A stretch of 64,000 nucleotides of DNA from Dehalococcoidia bacterium (GTDB lineage Bacteria; Chloroflexota; Dehalococcoidia; Bin125), in NCBI GenBank assembly GCA_963663895.2, contig CAXXRD010000002.1, forward strand, positions 192,001 through 256,000, read 5' to 3'. A model generated the notes under the pieces. The model had not been told where the DNA came from. It did no database searches and saw nothing but the letters and a program-made list of their open reading frames with translations. The translations under genes and the position numbers were made by a program. Each line of letters begins with the position of its first letter. Within the stretch, counting starts at the first letter, position 1. Below, in pieces: positions 21,362 through 32,783 of the stretch.

Positions 21362-22218
21362 TGCCGGGATCTCCGGACACAGCGACGCTCGCCGGCCGCG
21401 AGCTGCGGCTCCCGCGCGGGGAGTCCGGGCGCAGCGCCCTGGACGTGGCTCGGCGGTGCTCGGCGGTGGCGGGAGAGATGCTGCGGCAGTTCTTCGAGGA
21501 GCGCACGGTCACCGTGTCCTGGAAGGGCGACCGCAACCCGGTGACGCAGGCCGACACCGCCACCGAACGCGCGATTGTGGCGCTGCTGCACGAGGAGTTC
21601 CCAGCACATGCCGTGCTTGCGGAGGAGGGCGGCGGCAGGATCCAAGCAGGTTGGCTGTGGCTGATCGACCCGCTCGACGGCACGCGCAACTTCGCGAGCG
21701 GCGTGCCGCACTTCGCGTTCAATCTGGCGCTCTGCCACGACGGCGCGCCCGTGATCGGCCTCACACTGGACCCGATGCTGGAGGAGGAATTCGTGGCGGT
21801 GCGGGGGCACGGCGCGACGCTTAACGGCGATCCCATCCGGGCGAGCAGCGTCACCGGGCTGCACGAAGCCGTCGTCGGTGCGGGCCTGGGCTACGACGTC
21901 GGGCGGGCGGCGGAGCTGCTCGCCGGGCTGCAGGGGCTGTGGGGTTCGGTGCAGGCGTTGCGGATATGCGGGAGCGCGGCGCTCGATCTCGCCTACACCG
22001 CTGCGGGGCGATTCGACCTGTTCTTACATGCCGACGTCTATCCCTGGGACATTGCGCCGGGGATCGTGCTGATCGAGGAGGCGGGCGGACTCATCACGAC
22101 GGGAGCGCTATGCAGTGACCCGGCGGAGGGCGTCACGATCGAGAGCCACAACGTGGTCGCAGGAGGCCAAGCCGTACTCGCCGACCTCGCGGCGCGCCGT
22201 GCTACCACTCCGGCGTAA
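21361..22218 (+). CDS. Inositol monophosphatase family protein
   Basis: LAEE, WLIDPLDGTRNF, GSAALDL, PWDIAPG. Confidence 0.92.
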   Translation: MPGSPDTATLAGRELRLPRGESGRSALDVARRCSAVAGEMLRQFFEERTVTVSWKGDRNPVTQADTATERAIVALLHEEFPAHAVLAEEGGGRIQAGWLWLIDPLDGTRNFASGVPHFAFNLALCHDGAPVIGLTLDPMLEEEFVAVRGHGATLNGDPIRASSVTGLHEAVVGAGLGYDVGRAAELLAGLQGLWGSVQALRICGSAALDLAYTAAGRFDLFLHADVYPWDIAPGIVLIEEAGGLITTGALCSDPAEGVTIESHNVVAGGQAVLADLAARRATTPA

Positions 22219-23088
22219 TCGAGCCCAACCAACCGATCGTCATGGCGATCACAACGAACCCCATCCACCAGCGCTGGATGATCAAGCGTTTCTCCGTGAC
22301 GCGGAGCAGCAGCGCGGCCATGACAAGTAGTGATCCCGTGAGGGCGAGCGCAGCAGGCGGCACCAGCCACTCCGCGCGCAAGTTTTCCACGTTGGCCGAC
22401 GCGACCGTCACGATCAGGAAAGCCGCCGTCGCCGCCCAAGCGAGAGGGACGGCGACATCGATAGTGGCCAGATGGAGAAGGTCTCGCCAGCTATCGACAT
22501 CGTCGCGCTCGTAGTCCGGCAGCTTGTAGGCCAGATAGAAGGCGAGACCGGGCCGTCCCGCCCACGGGCACCGACCACCAGAGGACGCCATCGAATCGCT
22601 GCAGGGCGTCGAAGACCCAGAGGGGGAGAAGCGCGAAGGCGAGGCTGAACGGGACCCAGGAGAAGGCGCTGCGCTTCAGCGAGACGGAATAGACCAAAGC
22701 CGCGAGAAACCCCACCGCGAAGAGGAGAAAGGGACGCCAGCCCAAGGAACCGGCAACGGCCAGTGCCACGAGCCCGAGCGCTGCGGCGAGACGCAGCGCC
22801 GCACCCGATCCGATGAGGTCGGAGGCAACCGGCCGCCATAGATGCACCTGGCGGTCGTGCGGGAAGTCCAAGACATCGTTGTAGATCGCGGAGGCGGCCA
22901 TCAGCGCCGCCAAGGCGACGCCGAGGCGCAGTGTCACATGCCAGTTGGGCGTACCCGCTTCCGCGATGAAGGCAAAGCCGATGACCGTGGGCCGTCGCGG
23001 CAATCATCGCGACGGGGCGCACAAGGCGTAGCCAAGCCCAACTCCGCCGGCGCCGCCAGGGGATTCGCGGCTCGGATGTGCGAGGCAT
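22202..23088 (-). CDS. UbiA family prenyltransferase, frameshifted (probably sequencing errors)
   Basis: NDVLDFPHDRQVHLWRPVAS (first Asp-rich UbiA motif), YSVSLKR, and LPDYERD in a second frame; TM helices. Confidence 0.75.
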
Positions 23089-23170
23089 GAATCGTGTTAC
23101 CCTTCTGTTGGCGAGTTCCCATTGTAGGCACGTACGGCGTGACAAACCGCCGACCGCGGGAGGAGCAACC

Positions 23171-24035
23171 ATGGCGATCATCAACTTCGTTCGGGATTAC
23201 GAGCGCGTCGCGAAGTTCCAGCTGGGCCGCTACGTGGGGCCTCAAAGGCCCCGGAGTCGTGTTCGTCGTCCCCATCATCCAAAGCATGATGAAGGTGGAC
23301 ATGCGGGAGATCTTCTTCGACGTCCCCCCGGCAGACCAACATCACCAAAGACAACGCCAACGTGGACGTGGACTTCGTTGTCTACATGCGGGTGGTCGAC
23401 CCGGAAAAGACCGTGTTGGAGGTCGTCAATTTCGTGGGCGCGGCTCGGCAGCTCGCGATGACGACGCTGCGCGCGGTGATCGGTGACATGAACTTGGACG
23501 ATGTCCTCTCACGGCGAGAAGAGATCAACCAGGGGATGCAGACGAAGCTCGATGAAGTGACAAACCGCTGGGGCGTGAAGGTGACGGCGGTCGAGATCCG
23601 GGAGATCCAACCGCCACCAGCGATCCAAGAGGCGATGACCCGCCAGATGTCCGGCCGAGCGGACGCGACGGGCGCAAATCACGGAATCGGAAGGGCAGCG
23701 GGGACGCCGAGATCAACGTGGCGGAAGGGAACAAGCGAGCGGCGATCCTTCGAGCCGAGGGGGAGAAGCAAGCGGCGATCCTGGAGGCGGAAGGCCACCG
23801 GCAGGCCCAGATCTTGGAGGCGGAAGGGTTCGCCAACGCGCTGCAGCAGATCTACGAGACCGCGCGGGGCGTCGATGCGAATACGATGGGGCTCCAGTAC
23901 CTCGACATGATGCGCGAGCTGGCAACCAAGGAGAACAGTACCTGGATCGTGCCGCTCGACTTCACGCGCATCGCCGCTTCCGTACAGGAGCAGTTGGGAG
24001 CAGCAGGCGGCGATGGAGGCAGCGACCGGAACTAG
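23171..24035 (+). CDS. SPFH/band 7 (stomatin-like) protein, frameshifted
   Basis: AGGAG RBS before ATG 23171; ITKDNA, TTLRAVIG, WGVKVTAVEIREI and AEG repeats spread across frames. Confidence 0.85.
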
Positions 24036-24060
24036 CTCACCGCGCACGCCTCCCGCAGCG

Positions 24061-25285
24061 CTACTTCGCGCCACCCGGGTGCGCGGCCACGAAGCGCTGG
24101 ACCCGCTCCAGCGCTTCTTCGATCTCGGTGAAGGCGGTCGCATAGCAGGCGCGGACATGACCCGCGCCGCCCGCGCCGAAGGCCGATCCGGGCACCACCG
24201 CGACACGCTCCTCGTGCAGCAGACGCTCGGCAAAGGTCTCGTCGTCGAGGCCAGTGACTTGCACGTTGGGGAACGCGTAGAAGGCGCCTCTGGGCTCGAC
24301 GCAAGGGGAGGCCCATCGCGGCGAACCCTTGCCACATCAGCCGGCGGCGGCGGTCGTACTCGCTCGCGCATGGCGACGACGTGCTCCTCGCCACTCTCCA
24401 ACGCTTCAACGGCAGCGTATTGCGCAGGCGTGGGCGCCGACATCATGACGTACTGATTGCACCTTCACAATCGCATCCAACAGAGCGTAGGGCGCAGCCA
24501 CGTAGCCCACGCGCCAACCCGTCATCGCATAGTCCTTGGAAAAGCGCCCAACGTGATCGTGCGCTCGCGCATGCCCGGTAGGGAGGCGATTGCGACGTGC
24601 TTGCCGCCGTAGACGAGACGATCGTAAATCTCGTCCGAGATCACGAGCAGGTCGTGGCGGACAGCGACGGCAGCGATGCCCGCAAGCTGCTCGGCCGAGA
24701 GGACGGCCCCAGTCGGATTGGCGGGGAAGCCGAGTAAGATCGCCTTGGTCCGCTTCGTCACAAGTGCCTCCACGGCTTCCGGACCCAAGGCGAACGCGTT
24801 CGCTGCATCCGTGCGAACGTGCACGGGCACGCCGCCGGCGAACTGCACGGTGGGGGTGTAAGCGACGTAGGACGGATCCGGGACGAATCACTTCGTCGTC
24901 GGGATCAACGATGGCGCGCACGGCAGCGTCGAGCCCTTCAGAGACACCGGCCGTGATGAGAAGCTCGCCGTCTGGGTCGAAGTCGAGGCCGTAGAGGCGA
25001 TGCAGGTGGGCGGCCAAGCGCTGGCGCAGCGCGTGCAGGCCGAAGTTGGACGTGTAATGCGTGTTCCCATTCTCGATGGATCGCATCGCGGCGTCGCGGA
25101 TAGTCCCAAGGCGTGATGAAGTCGGGCTCCCCGACGCCCAGCGAGATCACATCATCCATGGAGGCGACAACGTCAAAGAAGCGGCGAATGCCGGAGGGGA
25201 GAGAACCGCGCGAACACGCCGGGCGATCCGGGAGGCCTGACCGTCCATCAGTGTTTAACGCCGCGCGACACGGAAGAAGCGCATC
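24061..25285 (-). CDS. Class I/II PLP aminotransferase (AlaT/YugH-like), multiple frameshifts, start approximate
   Basis: SGIRRFF, SLGVGEPDF, HYTSNFG, PANPTG, SDEIY, FSKDYAMTGWRVG and VVPGSAFG in different frames. Confidence 0.85.
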
Positions 25286-25767
25286 AGGGCATGACCAACT
25301 GGCGATCGACCTCCTCGGTAGAGCCGGAGGAGGACGTCGTTCTCTTTGTAGCGCCGCATGATGACGTGCGTCACGGTGCTCTGGATGCCGTGCATGGTGG
25401 CGAGCTTCTCACCGACGAAGTCCGAGACTTCGTGGATTAGACTGGCCGCGCGGACGATGACGGCGAGGTCGTACGATCCGGAAGTGAGGTAGCAGGAGAT
25501 CACATTATCGAAACCGGAGACGCGCGCCGCCACGGCCCCATAACCCACGTTCTCCTCCGGCTGCACTTTGACTTCAACGAGGGCGTGTACTTGCGGCCGG
25601 CCGGCGGCTTCCCAGTTAATGCGGGCGCCGTAGCCCACGACCACGTGGCGCGCTTCCGCTTCCGCGACGAGGGCGCGTATTTCGTCTTCATGCCGGTCCG
25701 TTTCATTCGCGATCTCAGCCGGAGTGAGGCGGCCGTCTCGCTCGAGTGCACGGAGGATCTCTTCCAT
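25255..25767 (-). CDS. Lrp/AsnC family transcriptional regulator (AlaR/YugG-like)
   Basis: N-terminal HTH, YLTSGSYDL, IQSTVTHVIMRRYK; directly upstream of the aminotransferase. Confidence 0.85.
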   Translation of the reverse strand: MEEILRALERDGRLTPAEIANETDRHEDEIRALVAEAEARHVVVGYGARINWEAAGRPQVHALVEVKVQPEENVGYGAVAARVSGFDNVISCYLTSGSYDLAVIVRAASLIHEVSDFVGEKLATMHGIQSTVTHVIMRRYKENDVLLRLYRGGRSPVGHALMRFFRVARR

Positions 25768-25891
25768 GGCAGCCTCACATTCTGCATTGCGCGGCGCAGG
25801 GCGTGCTGTCGCGATCGATCGTAGGCGCGGCTCCACGCAGGGTCCAACAGCAGCGCACGGGCACGTTCAGCATACGTGAGCACAGCCAGCG

Positions 25892-27373
25892 CTAGAGCAT
25901 CGGCAGGCGAGTGTGCCAGTCCGTCGCTCGCTCGTACGCCGCGGCACCGCGGAAGAGCGTGACTTCGTCCCAACTATCCGCGACGAACTGGAGCCCCACG
26001 GGCAGGCCGCCGCGGCCAAAGCCGCAGGGCTGTGAGATCGCGGGGAGGCCAGCGATGCTGGCTGGAAAGCGTGAAGATGTCATTGAGGTACATCTCGTAG
26101 GGATCGCTGACCGCACCGATCTGGAAGGCGACCGTGGGAGCGGTCCGGAGCCACGATGAGGCTGGTAGCGGCTGAAGAGATCGCGCAACTCGCGCCGGAT
26201 CAGCCGGTGCGCACTTTCTGCGCTTGCAGATAGTAGGCATCGTAATAGCCAGCGGAGAGAGCGTAGGTTCCCAGCAGGATCCGGCGCTTCACCTCATCAC
26301 CGAAGCCGTGCTGGCGAGTCCTTCTCCATGTCATCCCACATGGAATCGTCACCGCGGTAGGCATAGCCGTACTTGACGCCGTCGTAGCGCGCCAGATTCG
26401 CGGAGGCCTCCGAGGGAGCGATGATGTAGTAAACGGGCAAGGCTGCCTTCGCTAGGGGCAGGGACGTGTCGCGATCGACGATGGCCCCCTGCTCCTCCAG
26501 GACCGCGATTGCCGCCTCGACCGCTTCCGCCACCTCGGGCTCCATGCGATCAGCGTCCCTGAAGAACTCCCGCGGAGCAGCGATGCGCAGCCCCTTTACC
26601 CCCCGATCGAGCTCCGAGGCGAAGTCCGGAGCCGGATAGGCAGCGGAAGTGGAGTCGCACGGGTCATGCCCGGCGATCGCTTGTAACAGCGTCGCCGCGT
26701 CCTCGACGGAGTGCGCGCGAAGGGGCCGATCTGGTCGAGGGAGTTGGCGAACGCAATCAAGCCATAGCGGCTTACGCGGCCGTAGGTTGGCTTCATTCCA
26801 ACGACGCCACAGAAAGCCGCCGGCTGCCGGATGGATCCGCCAGTGTCGGAGCCGAGGGAGGCCGGCACCATCCCCGCAGCGACCGCGGCGGCCGAGCCGC
26901 CGGAGGAGCCGCCCGGGACACAGTCGAGGTTCCAAGGGTTGCGCGTGGGGAAGAAAGCCGAGTGCTCGGTGGAGGATCCCATGGCGAATTCGTCCATATT
27001 GGTCTTGCCGACCACGACCGCGCCCTGCCTCTTTGAGCTTGCGGGTGACGAATGCATCATCAACGGGTTCGTAATGCTCAAGCATCTTGGAGCCGCACGT
27101 GGTGCGGACTCCCGCGGTAGTGATGACATCCTTGAGCGCGAGCGGCACGCCTGTGAGAGGACCGGCCGTTTCATTAGCGATCCGGGCGTCGGCGGCCGCG
27201 GCGGCGGCCAGCGCTTCCTCTTCCGTGACCGTCACGAAGGCCCGGACATGCGCATCCACGCTCCGGACGCGCGCCAGAGCCGCGCGGGTCAGTTGCTGCG
27301 AAGTAGTATCGCCGTCGCGAAGGGCGCGTGCCGCCGCGGCCAGGCTCCAGCCGGGGCCATGCGAGTCCATCAT
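25892..27373 (-). CDS. gatA: Glu/Asp-tRNA amidotransferase subunit A, multiple frameshifts
   Basis: [59 protein letters not shown]. Confidence 0.92.
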
Positions 27374-27655
27374 TCCAATACCGCCCGGATCCGGAAGAGA
27401 CCTTCTTCCACGGCGGGAGCGTTGTGGAGCACGGCATCGCGGCTATAGGAAGGCGTCGGTTGATCGGGAGCGGTGACGTTGAGCAAGTCGGCGCCGTTGG
27501 CGGTGGGAGGAACACCCGTCGTCTCGATCTCCTGCAGGACGCGAATGTGCCGAGTACGCTCGATAGTTCGCTTTGGAACCGAGCCCACGTCTTCGTCCGT
27601 CATGCCTATGCGAGCAAGGAGAGCATGTGCCGGACTTCAGCGGCGTGAGATCCAT
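27370..27655 (-). CDS. gatC: Glu/Asp-tRNA amidotransferase subunit C, frameshifted
   Basis: [40 protein letters not shown]; overlaps the gatA start. Confidence 0.85.
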
Positions 27656-27753
27656 GCCGTCGGTCCTCTCGACATCACCATATGGCGCATGGCGACCGCA
27701 GTCAGAGTCGATGCTACGCTACTTCCCGAATCGTGCGGGGGCCGACGGAAGGC

Positions 27754-28599
27754 ATGACTACGCCGAGCGAAGCCCGGCCTGCCCGCGCCTGCGGCGCCCC
27801 CGAGCCTGATCACGCCGGGCAGCACGATGCGCGCCGATTCGCGACGGAACACGACGACAAAGTAGAGCTCGGCGTCCCCAGCCTGGTGTGGGGGCCGGGC
27901 CAGACACGGCGTATCTCCCTGATTGCGGGCCGGATCCCGCTGGCGCAGCGCCGGATCCTCGATATCGGCTGTGGGGTAGGGGAATACGTGCGGCATCTGC
28001 GCGCGTTGCCGGCCAGCGTGGTCGGGATCGATGTCGACGTGCAGCGCGTGCACGCGGGCGCGCACGGCGGCGATGGCGTGCCAGACCTCCTCGTGGGCGC
28101 GGCCGAAGCGCTGCCGTTCGCCGCGGGCACCTTCGACGTCGTGCTCCTCAACGAGGTGATCGAGCACGTGCAGGACGATCGCGCCACGCTGGAGGAAGCG
28201 CTACGCATCCTGCCCCCCGGCGGGCATATCGTGATCTACGCACCCAACCGGCTGTTCCCGTTCGAAACGCACGGCGTGTACTGGCGGGGAGCCTACCGGT
28301 TCGGCAACTACCCGCTGATCAACTACTTGCCCACTGCCCTGCGGGATCAACTGGTGCCACATGCGCGCGCTTACACCCGCGGCGACATTACGCAGCTGCT
28401 ACGCGGACTGGATGCCCGCGTGTTGGTGCACACAGCGGTCTATCCCAGCTTCGACAGGATTCGCTCGCGAAACAACGCGCTGGGCAGGCTGCTGCAGACC
28501 GTCTTCCACCAAGCGGAGGAGACGCCACTGCGCTGGCTGGGGTTGAGCCATCTCGTGATCCTGGAGAAGCCGGACGACGCTGGCGGGGCGGCCGTGTGA
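27754..28599 (+). CDS. Class I SAM-dependent methyltransferase
   Basis: ILDIGCGVG, LPFAAGTFDVV, EVIEHV, PGG. Confidence 0.88.
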   Translation: MTTPSEARPARACGAPEPDHAGQHDARRFATEHDDKVELGVPSLVWGPGQTRRISLIAGRIPLAQRRILDIGCGVGEYVRHLRALPASVVGIDVDVQRVHAGAHGGDGVPDLLVGAAEALPFAAGTFDVVLLNEVIEHVQDDRATLEEALRILPPGGHIVIYAPNRLFPFETHGVYWRGAYRFGNYPLINYLPTALRDQLVPHARAYTRGDITQLLRGLDARVLVHTAVYPSFDRIRSRNNALGRLLQTVFHQAEETPLRWLGLSHLVILEKPDDAGGAAV

Positions 28600-31493
28600 A
28601 GCAGGTCCAACAATCGATCCGCGCACGGCGACTGCGACAGCGGCACCTGCTCTTGCAGCGGCGCCGGCGCGAGCGGGAGCGCTCAAAAAGGAAGCGCACG
28701 GTTCCGCTTTGGTGGTGGGGGCCGATCGGGATCCTCGCCATCGGCATCATCGTGGCGGGGAGCGCCGCGGGCGCGGCATACGGTGTCTACCTCTCGTATG
28801 CGGATGATCTGGTGGAGCCGGACGCGATCTTAGTGACCGAGTCCGTGCTGGGCACGAGCAAGGTGTTCGACCACGGCGGCCCCGACGAGGGGAAGCTGTT
28901 GTTCGAGTTCGCGGACCCGCTATCGGGCCTGCGGAATCCAGTGCGCATCGACGAGATCTCGTCCCAGCTAATCAACGCGACGGTGAGCACGGAGGATGCA
29001 TCGTTCTTCGAAAACCGCGGGGTCAACTTCCGCGGCCTGCTACGCGCCGGCGTCGAGAATCTGGGGTTGAACGAAGCGGAGTTCTTGGAGGGATCGGGGG
29101 GGTCATCGATCACGCAGCAACTGGTGAAGAACGTCCTGATCCCGGTCGAGGAGCGGACCGAGCGCAGCGTGAGCCGCAAAATCAAAGAGACGATCCTCGC
29201 CGTCGAGCTCACCAATCAATTCTCCAAGGCGCAGATCCTGGAGTGGTACCTCAACACGATCTTCTACGGGAACCTGGCCTACGGGGTTGGGGCGGCGAGC
29301 CTGCGCTACTTCGACAAGCCTCCCTCCGCGCTCACACTGTCGGAGGCGGCGCTGCTGGCGGGGCTGCCACAGGCTCCCGCGACATATGACCCGTTCACCA
29401 GTCTGCGCCTGGCCAAGGCGCGACAGGCGGAGGTCCTAGACCTCATGGTCCAGCACGGCTACATCTCGCAACTGCAAGCCGAGCTCGCGAAGAACGAGCC
29501 GCTGCAATTCGCGAACCAAGAGTTCGACATCGTCGCCCCCCACTTCGTCTTCTACGTGCGTGATCGCATCGAGGCCCTCTGCCAGCGCGGGCGCATCAGC
29601 TTCACGGCCGAGATCTACGAGTGCTCGGACCTGCTGACCCACGGCGGTCTGCGGATCACCACGACGCTTGACCCGGAGATGCAGGCGATCGGCGAGGAGA
29701 TTTTGCGCCGGGACCTGGCTTCGTTCGAGGAGCAAACGGGCGCGCGCAACGCGGCGCTCGTCGCGATCCACCCCAAGACAGGCGAGATCTTGGCGATGGT
29801 GGGGAGCCGTGATTTCTTCCGCGAGGACATTGAGGGGCAGGTGAATCTGGCGACCAGCCTGAACTCGCCCGGGTCCGCCTTCAAGCCCATCACGTACGTG
29901 GCCGGATTCATCCAGGATCCCGAACGCTGGAACCCTGCAACGATCCTGTGGGACGTTCCCCTCGCTTACGAGGAAGTCGATGGCACGATTTTCTCGCCGG
30001 TGAACTTCGACGGGATCGATCGGGGGCCGGTCTCGGTCCGAAGCGCGCTGGCCAACTCGATGAACATCCCGGCGTTCCGGGCCGCGGACACGATCGGCGT
30101 GACTCACGTACTGGACATTGCGCACCGGATGGGGATCACGTCGATGCGCGATCCGAGCCAGTTCGGGCCATCGATCACGCTGGGCGGCGGCGACGTCTCC
30201 CTTCTCGACCTGGCCTACGCCTACAGCGTGCTGGCCAACAACGGCGTGATGCGCGGGCAGCGGACAGCCTCCGATCTCCCGATCGGCCATCGTGAGCTGG
30301 ACCCGATCGCGATTCTGGAGATCAGCGATTCGCGCGGACGGCTGCTCTTCCAGCAGGACAGTCCGGCGCGGCGCCAGGTGATCCCGGCGCCGCAGGCCTA
30401 TCAGATCACCGACATCCTCGCGGATAACCCGGCTCGCTCGATCCTCTACGGACTGAACAGCACGCTCGTGCTCGACCGTCCCGCGGCGGCGAAGACAGGC
30501 ACCGCGGGCGATCCGCACCGGAACGACGTGCGCCGCGACTTCTGGACGGTGGGCTACACACCGGATCTGGTAGCGGGAGTATGGGTAGGCAACGCCGACA
30601 ACAGCCCGATGACGGGCGGAACCTCGTCGCGAACGGCGGGGCTCATCTGGCACGATTTCATGCGAGCCGCGCATGCGGGCACGCCACCATCGGAGTTCGC
30701 GGTGCCGGAGGGACTCACGACGGCGCAGGTGTACGTGCCACAGCTGACGCTGCTCAGCGGCGAGCGCCAAGGGGCGCCACCGCAGGACCCGTGCGCGCAC
30801 AAGACGACTGATCTGTTCATCCAAGGCGTCGTGCCGGAGATCGAGAACCAGATCTGCTTTGCGGCGGCGATCGATCGCACCACATTGCTGCTGGCAGACG
30901 AGACAACGGCCAACACGCAGATCGAGGAGGGCTTTTTCTTGATCCCGCCAGTGGAGGAGGGGCTCGCGGCGCCGGATGCGGCGATCTTGAACTGGCTGCG
31001 GAGCAACCAGGTCGTTTACGTCCGGCACGAGTCCGAGGGCGAGATCGGAAGCATCGCCGTGATCCACTCGCCGATCAACGGCGCGGTCCTCGACGGCGAC
31101 TTCGTGGTCGTGCAAGGCCGCGCCGGGGGAGACGCGGTAACGGGCTGGTCGCTCGCCTATGCGCCGGGCCCGGCTCCGCAGGACGAGGAATTCACGCCCA
31201 TCGTCGGCCTGGCGGGTCAAGGCATCAGCGGCCAACTGGAGCGTTGGGATATCCGTGGGCTGGAGCCGGGGGTTTACGTGCTGCGACTGATCGCGGAGAA
31301 CGACCTCTTCGGCGAGACGGTCGCCGATGTGCATGTGCGAATCACGGGCAACGCCGGGAGGGAAGGCGACGAGGAAGACACACCGCCCGCCGCCGAACCG
31401 GAAAGCGGGGACGATCCGAACGGCAACGCACCAGAAACAAGCGGTACTTCGGAATCCGCCGATCCCGAAGACGATTCAGCCGAACCTCCCTAA
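28596..31493 (+). CDS. Class A penicillin-binding protein (transglycosylase + transpeptidase) with a C-terminal Ig-like region
   Basis: TM anchor; EDASF, GGSSITQQLVKN, RKIKE, YLNTIFYG; SAFK, SMN, KTGT. Confidence 0.92.
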   Translation: MKQVQQSIRARRLRQRHLLLQRRRRERERSKRKRTVPLWWWGPIGILAIGIIVAGSAAGAAYGVYLSYADDLVEPDAILVTESVLGTSKVFDHGGPDEGKLLFEFADPLSGLRNPVRIDEISSQLINATVSTEDASFFENRGVNFRGLLRAGVENLGLNEAEFLEGSGGSSITQQLVKNVLIPVEERTERSVSRKIKETILAVELTNQFSKAQILEWYLNTIFYGNLAYGVGAASLRYFDKPPSALTLSEAALLAGLPQAPATYDPFTSLRLAKARQAEVLDLMVQHGYISQLQAELAKNEPLQFANQEFDIVAPHFVFYVRDRIEALCQRGRISFTAEIYECSDLLTHGGLRITTTLDPEMQAIGEEILRRDLASFEEQTGARNAALVAIHPKTGEILAMVGSRDFFREDIEGQVNLATSLNSPGSAFKPITYVAGFIQDPERWNPATILWDVPLAYEEVDGTIFSPVNFDGIDRGPVSVRSALANSMNIPAFRAADTIGVTHVLDIAHRMGITSMRDPSQFGPSITLGGGDVSLLDLAYAYSVLANNGVMRGQRTASDLPIGHRELDPIAILEISDSRGRLLFQQDSPARRQVIPAPQAYQITDILADNPARSILYGLNSTLVLDRPAAAKTGTAGDPHRNDVRRDFWTVGYTPDLVAGVWVGNADNSPMTGGTSSRTAGLIWHDFMRAAHAGTPPSEFAVPEGLTTAQVYVPQLTLLSGERQGAPPQDPCAHKTTDLFIQGVVPEIENQICFAAAIDRTTLLLADETTANTQIEEGFFLIPPVEEGLAAPDAAILNWLRSNQVVYVRHESEGEIGSIAVIHSPINGAVLDGDFVVVQGRAGGDAVTGWSLAYAPGPAPQDEEFTPIVGLAGQGISGQLERWDIRGLEPGVYVLRLIAENDLFGETVADVHVRITGNAGREGDEEDTPPAAEPESGDDPNGNAPETSGTSESADPEDDSAEPP

Positions 31494-31507
31494 GAGCGAG
31501 GCCCGTG

Positions 31508-32725
31508 TCAAGGCCGCAACGCCTGCAGCTCCGCAACCGACTCGACCTCCCGGACGCTCGCTACGAAATCGCCGAGTGAATCGGAGCGCGCGCGCAACTC
31601 GCGCAGTAGCGGCCCGATCGGGCTACTGCTCTCAGGACGATCGCCGTAGATACCCTTGAACGCGAAAAAGGCTTGGTTGAGCCGGCGGAAAAAGCGACCG
31701 TGCCGGGCCGCCAGCTCTCGCCGCACCTCCTCCATCAGCGCCTCCGCTTCCGCGATCCGGCCATCCGCCAAGAGCCCGTCGACGTCACGACGCAGCTGAT
31801 TGAGCACAGCATCGCTCTCCGAACGATCCGGCCGCTCAGCCAGCGCATCAAGCCGGGGAGAAGCGGCGAAGACGAGCGCCGCGATCTCGTCGCCAACGAT
31901 GTCGGCGACCGTCTCGTTGATCGTCCGCAGGTCGTCACTAGCGAAAAAGGAGGCACCGAGCGGATAGAAGTAGAGATAGTGGTGCACCCATTCGTGCGCG
32001 GCGATAGTGACGGCCGCCGTGTAAGAGCCGCTGTCGAGGACGATCGCCGGGTAGGTCGCGATGCCGCCAATACGGTCGACAAAGGCGGAGAAGCGTCCAT
32101 CGGCCTCTATCGACGCTTCGATCCGATGAACTTGCTCGTCGCCGAGGTCGGGCGAGAGCAAGGGCGTTGTCAGCAACCGGATCTCGTCGCGCGGCGAGAC
32201 GGCCAGTACGCGAGGGGGACGGGAAAGCTCAACCGCAACGGGCGGCCACAGGATCTCTTGGCCTCCAAACCAGGGCAGCGGACGAGAGAAACCGGCGGCG
32301 CGGAAGGCGGCGGCGATGCGGCGCTCCAAAATCCGCTCGGCGCGATTCTCAAGGGCACGGCGCTGCGCTCGAAGGTCCGCGAGGGGGCTGGCATCGGCAT
32401 CAGGAGCCCGCTCCAGTGCCCTAATCTCGTCACCGAGAGCGAAATACCGTTCCAAAATGCGGTCAGCGTCCGCCCCCCGGTCCGCCTGCCCCCGGATGAG
32501 AGCACCGACCTCGCCGAAGAGGCCGTCGAGGAGATGCGCTATCTCGAAACGCCCGAGGCTGAAGTGCTCGCCGCTTGTCGCATCGGCGACGAGGTCATTC
32601 GGCGATCGGGGCGACTGGCGGGTCAGGCCAAGGATCAGGACGGCGATCGCCGCCGCCGCTGCGATGGCAAGAGCGGCGAGCGGGAGCCAGCGCGCCGCGC
32701 GACCACGTGCCCTGGGAGCATCCAT
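31508..32725 (-). CDS. Membrane-anchored protein with an HExxH..E motif (putative zinc peptidase)
   Basis: N-terminal TM helix; AAHEWVHHY followed by INETVAD. Confidence 0.65.
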   Translation of the reverse strand: MDAPRARGRAARWLPLAALAIAAAAAIAVLILGLTRQSPRSPNDLVADATSGEHFSLGRFEIAHLLDGLFGEVGALIRGQADRGADADRILERYFALGDEIRALERAPDADASPLADLRAQRRALENRAERILERRIAAAFRAAGFSRPLPWFGGQEILWPPVAVELSRPPRVLAVSPRDEIRLLTTPLLSPDLGDEQVHRIEASIEADGRFSAFVDRIGGIATYPAIVLDSGSYTAAVTIAAHEWVHHYLYFYPLGASFFASDDLRTINETVADIVGDEIAALVFAASPRLDALAERPDRSESDAVLNQLRRDVDGLLADGRIAEAEALMEEVRRELAARHGRFFRRLNQAFFAFKGIYGDRPESSSPIGPLLRELRARSDSLGDFVASVREVESVAELQALRP

Positions 32726-32783
32726 TCCGCTGCGATCATACGGGTCCGCATGACCGCAAGGCCTATGATAGGAGCGGCCGCTG

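Noticed and set aside
3103-23088. Archaeal-type ether lipid pathway (GGR plus UbiA-like genes)
   Set aside because: The genes are about 18 kb apart, no GGGP synthase is present, and both families have common quinone-related roles
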